A DNA stretch of 64,000 nt from positions 788 to 64,787 of the forward strand of contig CAZXDP010000009.1 in assembly GCA_964639255.1 (NCBI GenBank), in the 5' to 3' direction. The first letter of the stretch is position 1; each line of letters begins with the position of its first letter. This DNA comes from an uncultured Flavobacteriaceae bacterium (GTDB lineage: Bacteria; Bacteroidota; Bacteroidia; Flavobacteriales; Flavobacteriaceae). The position numbers and the translations under genes were made by a program. Below, one piece after another: positions 48,971-55,423 of the stretch. Below the pieces are notes generated by a model that was given only the letters and a program-made list of their open reading frames with translations, was not told the origin of the DNA and made no database searches.

Positions 48971-51604
48971 CTAATTTTCTATTTTATATAGGGATAATTG
49001 TTTGTTAAAGGGTTCGTTTTTCTGTGCTTCCATAATCCTATTGGCATCTTCAATTCTATCAATTCTTTGGTAATAGGTGTAATATTTACTACGGCTAACA
49101 TCGTAGAAGAAATCTACACCGCTGTATCCAGCGGCGATTACCTTGCGCAAGAAAGTATTTCGCTCCTCTGCCGAATTGTGAACTGCCATCACCAAATAAT
49201 ATCCATTCTCCGTATTGGCCACGTTCTTCAAAATTTGTACGTTGTTGCTCTTCTGTGCCTCGCCAAAATTAAAATCAGCTTCAGATAGTGGGGTACTGCT
49301 TTGCTCTGTGGTTTGCTTAATGCTATTTAGGGTCGATCTATCACGGCGGAAGCGGTCATCCTCATTGTTATAAGCGGCTCGCTTTATACGACGCTTTCTC
49401 TCAATATCGGTAGCTACCGCAATTTCCTGTAGTGAGGAAACCAACTGTGCCTTTTCTCGTTGTGCCGCCTGGAGTTCAGCCTGAAGCTGGCTCAATGCGT
49501 TTTGATAGTACAAATTGAATTCCTTATCAATGCCGCCTTCCTTAGCAAAACGCTGTTGGTACAAGGCTTCCAGCTCCTCGATTTTCTTGCGATAAGTGAG
49601 GATTACCTCGTCTAGATTAATTTTTATAAGATCGATAGCCGCATTTTCCTCGGTGATGCTCTTAAAAGGTTTTGGTTCTGAAAAGATGCCCTGTTCGCTT
49701 AGATCGTTTTCCCGTTTCAAATCTTTAAGATCTTGATCTTTAATAGCCACGGCATCGCGTAACTCCTGTAGCAAATCATTCTTATTGGCAGCCGTTGATT
49801 GGGTTTCTTCCAAAAGTGATTTCATAGATGTGGCCAAGGCATCGGTATACTGCGCCAAGGTATTTTCCGTTGTCGCTTCTATCACGGGTTCAGTTTGGGC
49901 AAGTTGCTCTTGCTCGGCCGCCAATCGCGCTTGTTCTGCAGCTTCAAGCTGAGCCAATCTTTCAGCTTCCAACCGAGCTTTCTCTTGAGCTGCTGCCAAT
50001 GCTCTTTGTTCAGCAGCCAAACGTGCTTTTTCTTCTGCTTCAAGCTGAGCCAGTCTTTCGGCTTCCAGACGCGCTTGTTCCTCGGCTTCCAAGCGGGCTT
50101 TCTCCTGTGCTTCGGCTAATGCCTTTTGTTCAGCAGCCAAACGTGCTTGCTCTTCCGCTTCAAGCTGGGCAAGCCTTTCAGCTTCCAGACGCGCTTTTTC
50201 CTCGGCTTCCAAGCGGGCTTTTTCTTGAGCTTCTGCCAGAGCTTTTTGTTCAGCGGCCAGACGTGCTTGCTCTTCCGCTTCGAGCTGGGCAAGCCTTTCA
50301 GCTTCCAGACGCACTTTTTCCTGTGCTTCGGCTAATGCCTTTTGTTCAGCAGAAAATCGTGCTTGTTCTTCGGCTTCAAGCTGGGCCAGTCTTTCTTCTT
50401 CCTGTTGTGCTATCGCTTCGGTTGCAGCAGCTTGTTCGGCGGCTAACTGTGCTTCTGCTAAGGCTTCTTGCTCTTTTTCTTTTTGTGCTGCCTCCTGTTT
50501 GCGCTCCTCCATCGCAGCTTCCCAGGCCTGTTTTCTCGCACTGTTTTTGGCTCGCTGTTCCTCTCGTGCTGCCGTCAGGGCAGTTTCCTCTTCTTGAGTT
50601 AGATTTTGCTTCTTACGTTTTGGAGATTTTTTTCGTTTCTTTTCAAAAGACAGTAAACCTGCCATATCCTCTTCTTTACTGAAATCGAAATAGTCGTTGT
50701 TCGCAAAGCGGTAGGCCAAAGTAAATTCGTGGGTGACGCCGAATTCCGAAAAATCCCCCAAGGGTTTTTCAAAGTTGTACTCTATGGCAATCTCCTTGGT
50801 GAGGTTAATACCCAGACCCACAAAGGCACCGTGAATGCTATTATAGCCAGCTTGACTCCATATTCCCCTGGGAACGGTGAACATAATAGATCCAGTAAGT
50901 TCGGTAGTTTCTTGCCGAAAAGCGGCCTGGCCTAATGCCGAAAATTTACTATCACGGAAAAAGCCATAGCCTCCCGTATAGCCCGTATACATTATATGCC
51001 CCTGAATGCCCTGTTGGGGGTCGTCTTCCAAGAGCGTGGATGCATTGACATTGTAAGCCACCAAATTGTTTACCGAAATGCCGAAATCGAAAAAGGCGGT
51101 CCCATAATTGACGCCTGGCGTTGCGGTGAACATGAAATTTGAGGGAATGTTATTGAGCACAGGGTCTGGTTGGTTGGTCACCACTCGATCCATATTAACA
51201 CCACTTTGGTAAGCGGCGACGTTTATTCCAAAGGTGAGGTTGCTTTCCCGCTGCAGCTGTGCGTTATAGGCAAAATTGGCAATGCCACCAAATGTGGTAA
51301 GCACCCCGAAGTTCTGCTGAAAGGCACCAATTCCCACTCCCATATTTTCTTGAATCCTTCCAGAGAAGCTGGCCAAATAGGTTACAGGCGCGTTTTCTAC
51401 CTGCTGCAACTCCCTTTTGTTTGAAATGGCGATGAATTTATTTTGTTCTCGAACAAAACTGAAAGTAGGATTTAGGACAAATCTGTTAAACGTCATGGAA
51501 TTTCTCACCGGTAGATCCAAGGGAATAGCCCCTTCTCCTTCCTGAGAGGAAATCGTCTGTATAAAACAGAGTGCGAAGAACAAATATGTCGCAGTTTTTT
51601 TCAC
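48971..51604 (-). CDS. PorP/SprF-like barrel - long E/A/Q/K/R coiled coil - SPOR-like C-terminal domain fusion protein
   Basis: 877 aa with a signal peptide. Residues about 25-310 are PorP/SprF-like (...MTFNRFVLNPTFSFV..., beta-strand alternation, ...HEFTLAYRF). A basic linker KKRKKSPKRKKQ follows. Residues about 334-745 are heptad-like and charged, with tandem repeats. Residues about 798-877 (...GYYLVMAVHNSAEERNTFLRKVIAAGYSGVDFFYDVSRSKYYTYYQRIDRIEDANRIMEAQ...) look like a SPOR fold. The GTG start lies 1 nt after the upstream gene's stop. Confidence 0.6.
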   Translation of the reverse strand: MKKTATYLFFALCFIQTISSQEGEGAIPLDLPVRNSMTFNRFVLNPTFSFVREQNKFIAISNKRELQQVENAPVTYLASFSGRIQENMGVGIGAFQQNFGVLTTFGGIANFAYNAQLQRESNLTFGINVAAYQSGVNMDRVVTNQPDPVLNNIPSNFMFTATPGVNYGTAFFDFGISVNNLVAYNVNASTLLEDDPQQGIQGHIMYTGYTGGYGFFRDSKFSALGQAAFRQETTELTGSIMFTVPRGIWSQAGYNSIHGAFVGLGINLTKEIAIEYNFEKPLGDFSEFGVTHEFTLAYRFANNDYFDFSKEEDMAGLLSFEKKRKKSPKRKKQNLTQEEETALTAAREEQRAKNSARKQAWEAAMEERKQEAAQKEKEQEALAEAQLAAEQAAATEAIAQQEEERLAQLEAEEQARFSAEQKALAEAQEKVRLEAERLAQLEAEEQARLAAEQKALAEAQEKARLEAEEKARLEAERLAQLEAEEQARLAAEQKALAEAQEKARLEAEEQARLEAERLAQLEAEEKARLAAEQRALAAAQEKARLEAERLAQLEAAEQARLAAEQEQLAQTEPVIEATTENTLAQYTDALATSMKSLLEETQSTAANKNDLLQELRDAVAIKDQDLKDLKRENDLSEQGIFSEPKPFKSITEENAAIDLIKINLDEVILTYRKKIEELEALYQQRFAKEGGIDKEFNLYYQNALSQLQAELQAAQREKAQLVSSLQEIAVATDIERKRRIKRAAYNNEDDRFRRDRSTLNSIKQTTEQSSTPLSEADFNFGEAQKSNNVQILKNVANTENGYYLVMAVHNSAEERNTFLRKVIAAGYSGVDFFYDVSRSKYYTYYQRIDRIEDANRIMEAQKNEPFNKQLSLYKIEN
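49892..50395 (-). repeat. In-frame tandem coding repeats (96- and 120-bp units)
   Basis: Protein residues 404-572 contain ERLAQLEAEEQAR(F/L)(S/A)AEQKALAEAQEK(V/A)RLEA four times, in 32- or 40-aa versions, plus a partial fifth. The DNA shows the matching near-identical CTTCAAGCTG(A/G)GC...TTTC(A/G)GCTTCCA periodicity. Confidence 0.85.
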
Positions 51605-51605
51605 G

Positions 51606-53078
51606 TCAGCGCACTATGGTTAAAGTTCCTTGAATGGGTTCTTGGCCGTTTTTGACAATTCTATAATAAAAAACTTGGTTGGTATTGTCGATTAGGTTCG
51701 TTCCAGTATCTGGCCAGTTGTTGGTATACTCATTCGTTTTGAAAACGACCTCCCCCTGGCTGGAAAGTATGGTAATATCGGTTCCTGAACCTTGTGTGTA
51801 CTCGAGGGGAATTATCCAGGTATCATTAATACCGTCGCCGTTCGGGCTTACGATATTGGGAATTTTTGCTACATCTGGAAAAGGCTCTGTTAGTTCGGTA
51901 ATTTGAAAAATAAGTTCTTTTGTGGCGTTACAGCCTTCGGTTTGCGTTACCGCAACGGTATAGTTTCCGAAGTCGGTCGCCTCGTAGCTATTTTCGGTGG
52001 CGTTTTCAATGGGCTCACCATTCAGGAACCACTCAAAAATGGGTAGCTGTGCATCGGTAATGACATTGACTAGCAAGCTTTCTCCCATCATCATTTCGTT
52101 TACGGGAGCTACATCGATCTCTGCCTGGAAATCGCCCGCTACCAATTCTATGGAGCCTACTGCTTGGCAACTACCAAAGCCGACTACAACGGAGTACGTT
52201 CCAGAAATTTCTGTGCTGTAGGTACTGTTGGTCGCACCGGGAATATCCTCCCCATTTAGGGACCATTGATAGCTATTGCCTTCAATGGTTGAAAGAATAG
52301 TTGGTCCATTGCCATTACAAAATGGATTTCCCAGACTGGAGGTGATGGTGGCTATGGTAGTTCCGCCACCCTCTGCCTCGGTTACGGTAACCCGATTGGA
52401 GAACGAATCCGAGGTACAGGTGCCATAGTCCGTCTCGGCAAAATAGGTGCCTTCTTGAGATACTTCCAAAGAGTCGCCCTTCGCCACAAATATTGAAGTA
52501 GTGCTGCTGGTTACCCGAAACCAGTTGAAGGTAAGCTGGGGATACTGCAAGGGTGAATCATTATTTCCGGTGCCAGGATTGTCAATGGTAAGGAGGTAGC
52601 TCCCGCCCGGACAAAACGTGGCTGTTGGCTCTAGGTTATTGATGGTAAAAGGACTGTCCTGTATTTTGTAATAAGCCGCAAATGCTGCAGATCTCGCCCC
52701 GACTACAGCGGGATTGGTAGACCGAACCCTAATTTTATACCCTTCGCCTGCCGTATTGGTAGGTAAGGCAAAAGAAATTGTGGCGGGAGAGGACGTAATG
52801 GCACCGGGAGAAGAACTAAAGACTTGTGTTGGGGCATCGAAATTACCGTCTCCGTCAGATAGCTCGAGAATGAAACTGTTATTGGCGCCCAATGCCTGCT
52901 CTGGCGTAAACGCAAAGGTTGCGCTAAATGTATTGAAAGATGCATTAGCACAGGCTTGGTTAAATTCCAAATTAGGTGCGCCAATGGCGAATTGTGCCCA
53001 AGCGCGTGTACCCGATGCAAGGGCAAACAAACAGGTTAGGAGCGTTACAACTTTTACGTAGGTAGTAGTTTTTGGCAT
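51606..53078 (-). CDS. Secreted Ig-like-domain protein with T9SS type-B (gliding motility-associated) C-terminal domain
   Basis: 490 aa with a signal peptide (...LASGTRAWAQ). The body is Cys-paired and beta-rich. The last 85 aa (51609-51863) read IPNIVSPNGDGINDTWIIP...NQVFYYRIVKNGQEPIQGTLTIVR, the same CTD type as the giant adhesin. Confidence 0.7.
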   Translation of the reverse strand: MPKTTTYVKVVTLLTCLFALASGTRAWAQFAIGAPNLEFNQACANASFNTFSATFAFTPEQALGANNSFILELSDGDGNFDAPTQVFSSSPGAITSSPATISFALPTNTAGEGYKIRVRSTNPAVVGARSAAFAAYYKIQDSPFTINNLEPTATFCPGGSYLLTIDNPGTGNNDSPLQYPQLTFNWFRVTSSTTSIFVAKGDSLEVSQEGTYFAETDYGTCTSDSFSNRVTVTEAEGGGTTIATITSSLGNPFCNGNGPTILSTIEGNSYQWSLNGEDIPGATNSTYSTEISGTYSVVVGFGSCQAVGSIELVAGDFQAEIDVAPVNEMMMGESLLVNVITDAQLPIFEWFLNGEPIENATENSYEATDFGNYTVAVTQTEGCNATKELIFQITELTEPFPDVAKIPNIVSPNGDGINDTWIIPLEYTQGSGTDITILSSQGEVVFKTNEYTNNWPDTGTNLIDNTNQVFYYRIVKNGQEPIQGTLTIVR

Positions 53079-53101
53079 GTAACTTGATATTGGGGCTTAA
53101 G

Positions 53102-53135
53102 CCATATGCTTTCCTTGGGTAGAGAAAGCATATGG
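53102..53135 (-). promoter_or_regulatory. Perfect 12-bp stem-loop in the gap before the 490-aa CTD gene
   Basis: CCATATGCTTTC (53102-53113) / GAAAGCATATGG (53124-53135) with a 10-nt loop and no flanking U-tract. It ends 23 nt upstream of the ATG at 53078. Confidence 0.45.
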
Positions 53136-53182
53136 ACTTGGTTACATCTTAATTGTAAGATTGCCTGTATGGACTCGATTCT

Positions 53183-54484
53183 TTATTCCTGTTCGTTGAT
53201 CGCAATAATTTTGTCGATTCTCAGTCTGAAATCTGGATTGTCCAAATTATGGGCATCTATGAACGTCTCCCTGTCTTGGCCTTTTGAATAAACATTGAAA
53301 AAGGCACTGTTCCCATACCAATTTTCAAGATCTTCGTTATTCGAATTTCCAGCAACGAAAATATTGCCACGACAGTTGTTAAAGTACATATTGGTAAACC
53401 GAATCTTCTCGAGGCTAGGTCCGGAAATCTTAATAGCCCTGTCGAAAATTACCGCTGGCTTAAAGCCAGAGAGGACACTTTTATCCATCGTTAAGGAAGC
53501 GTCTTTCGTAACATACACTGCTTCGTCTACCAAGCCCACGTCCATATCGGCGTTGATATCTTTGCTTAAATTGAGCAGGGTTAGGTTTTTAGCTGAAACC
53601 GTGGTGTTTTCTTTGGTAAGGTCCACTTCTGCCTCGTCGCTATGGGAAGCTACAATAAGACTAGTGCCTTTTCCTGCTGCCGAAACATATGGCGAGCGCG
53701 CGGCCAACGAGTTGTGTATGGTAGCGTTAGTGCCGTCCTCAAACTTAAAGTCGGCCCTGCTGGCATGAAAAGATATTAGATTGTACAGGTTTACGTTACC
53801 GCCGCGCACGTAAAAAGAATTCCCCTGGCAGTAGCTCACCATTACATTCTCAATAACGGTTTGGTTTCCTACCCCAGCCAAGGTGAGGCCATTAAAGTAG
53901 CCATAGTCCTTCGTCCTGTTTCCGGCATATTCTATGCGCACGTAGCGCAGTATCCCAGAGTTGCTCTCTAGGTTCTCACCACCGTAGAAAGTACTTGTTG
54001 GGGTTGGGGGGTTCAATCCCATGTTCAAGTTCCATCGACTGCCAATTTTATTGACCGGGGCACTACCGTGTATAAAAACACCGCCCCAATCGCCTTTTTT
54101 CCGAACATCTGCGTTCGAAGAAAATACAATAGGGTCTGTTTGTGTTCCTTCGGCAATGATTTTCGAACCATCTGCGATGGTAAGGGAACCCTTTGTTTTG
54201 ACATCCCCCAAGATGACGGTTCCCGGCTCTATGGTTAACGTAGCGCTATCTGTAACAAATACGTTTCCCATTAACAAATAAACATCCTTTTTGTAAAGCT
54301 TTGTGTCTTTGTTGATATCCCCAACCAGAATGCGCGATGGCTGGGCAAATTCGTTCTTACTCGGCTTGAACTCCGTCCAGAGGTTCAGCCAGTTCTCAAT
54401 TCCATAAATTCCTTTCTCCTGTTGTGCGAGGGCACCAATGGCGATAAAAAGGAACCACACGGGTACTAGTAGTTTTTTTATCAT
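53183..54484 (-). CDS. Secreted hypothetical protein, probably right-handed parallel beta-helix-like
   Basis: Signal peptide. Repetitive short beta-strand/turn pattern: ...ATLTIEPGTVILGD...GSLTIADGSKIIAEGT...PIVFSS...GDWGGVFIHGSAPVN...YGGENLESNSGILRYVRIEYAG...GLTLAGVGNQTVIENVMVSY.... I cannot name a family. Confidence 0.45.
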   Translation of the reverse strand: MIKKLLVPVWFLFIAIGALAQQEKGIYGIENWLNLWTEFKPSKNEFAQPSRILVGDINKDTKLYKKDVYLLMGNVFVTDSATLTIEPGTVILGDVKTKGSLTIADGSKIIAEGTQTDPIVFSSNADVRKKGDWGGVFIHGSAPVNKIGSRWNLNMGLNPPTPTSTFYGGENLESNSGILRYVRIEYAGNRTKDYGYFNGLTLAGVGNQTVIENVMVSYCQGNSFYVRGGNVNLYNLISFHASRADFKFEDGTNATIHNSLAARSPYVSAAGKGTSLIVASHSDEAEVDLTKENTTVSAKNLTLLNLSKDINADMDVGLVDEAVYVTKDASLTMDKSVLSGFKPAVIFDRAIKISGPSLEKIRFTNMYFNNCRGNIFVAGNSNNEDLENWYGNSAFFNVYSKGQDRETFIDAHNLDNPDFRLRIDKIIAINEQE

Positions 54485-54551
54485 GGTTGTTGAAAATTAA
54501 TTGATATACATACTTATATAGTCAAAAATATAAAAAAATATCCACGAAATG

Positions 54552-54559
54552 CAAATATA
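54552..54559 (-). promoter_or_regulatory. Candidate Bacteroidota -7 promoter box (TAnnTTTG) for the 53183-54484 gene
   Basis: The reverse complement reads TATATTTG, about 68 nt upstream of the ATG at 54484. I saw no convincing -33 TTG at the right spacing. Confidence 0.25.
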
Positions 54560-54663
54560 ATCGATAAAATGCACGATTTTATTTTGAACAATCCCAATTG
54601 TTAACAAAATATTGAATGAAAACGGTTTCCGTGGGAATGCATAGGACATCCCTGGTTGCCTGT

Positions 54664-54709
54664 GCAAAAGGCGTAGGACACGGGGAATTGGCGAGCAGTT
54701 ACCCCGTCC
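54664..54709 (-). terminator. Possible intrinsic terminator after the 148-aa gene
   Basis: On the - strand, GGACGGGG-(16 nt)-CCCCGTGTCC (an 8-bp stem with a 2-nt bulge) is followed by ...CCTTTT. It lies about 30 nt downstream of the stop at 54738. Confidence 0.35.
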
Positions 54710-54737
54710 CAGCGATTAGTTCGGGTCCCTTTCGGAA

Positions 54738-55184
54738 CTAGTTAAATTCATCGAAAGTGTGAAGTGCTTTCAAAGTTTGTTCATAAAACAAGATCGCTGC
54801 GATGAGGTTCGACTTATCAGAATAGGGTAAAATCAATTTCTGAAAGGCAATGGTGTTTTCAAAATAAGTAGACGTAGCTTGAATATTGTCTTCCAAAGCT
54901 TTTCGATGCTCCTTAGTATCAGGAATCCCTAACGAGCTCATCGTTACGCCTGGTTTTGTAGTAAAAGCGATATTAGGTAATATCTTGATAATTACTTCAA
55001 TACGGGCATTGTAGAGTTCGAGCAATTTTCCCTTGGGAAAAGATTCGAGCTCTTCCCTATCGTGGTACTTATCGATATTAACGTTATCGCTTATGATAAA
55101 TTGGGCGTCTTTCTGCGCCAAAGTGGTCGCGGTACCAAATACGAACAAAACAACAAAAAGTGCGAGGGTAGTTTTCATAGTCAT
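54738..55184 (-). CDS. Small secreted hypothetical protein
   Basis: Signal peptide MTMKTTLALFVVLFVFGTATTLAQ. 148 aa. No recognisable motif. It is flanked by its own putative promoter and terminator. Confidence 0.5.
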   Translation of the reverse strand: MTMKTTLALFVVLFVFGTATTLAQKDAQFIISDNVNIDKYHDREELESFPKGKLLELYNARIEVIIKILPNIAFTTKPGVTMSSLGIPDTKEHRKALEDNIQATSTYFENTIAFQKLILPYSDKSNLIAAILFYEQTLKALHTFDEFN

Positions 55185-55372
55185 AATTAGGTTTTAGATT
55201 GAGGGCTTTATGCTAACAATTAACAATGCTACAATAATAATCGATTAAATGAAAAAAACATCGGCAAAATACCAAAAATATCTGGAAAGGTATGCAAAAT
55301 TTAATATATTGCAGAATATTCCTACATTATATCGCTTTTAAATACGAAGGTTTTGTATGCTTGGTTTTGAAT

Positions 55373-55403
55373 AAAAAAAACCGCCTTGTATCACAAAGCG
55401 GTC
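55373..55403 (-). terminator. Intrinsic terminator after the SusD-like gene
   Basis: On the - strand, ACCGC(t)TT-gtgatac-AA(g)GCGGT is followed by T8 (the + strand A8 at 55373-55380). It lies 20 nt downstream of the stop at 55424. Confidence 0.55.
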
Positions 55404-55423
55404 TTAATTGGGGTGTAAAACTG

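Noticed and set aside
49892-50395. Possible CRISPR array, because of regular direct repeats
   Set aside because: The repeats are contiguous with no unique spacers. They are in frame and encode a continuous heptad-like protein segment inside a long ORF. No cas genes are present in the window.
49828-50682. 284-aa ORF on the + strand (plus 49895-50119 and 50126-50335)
   Set aside because: It lies antisense to the coiled-coil repeat region of the 877-aa gene. Its low-complexity L/P/Q/F-rich translation is what the reverse complement of GAA/GCx/CAG-rich repeats produces. It has no start context or signal of its own.
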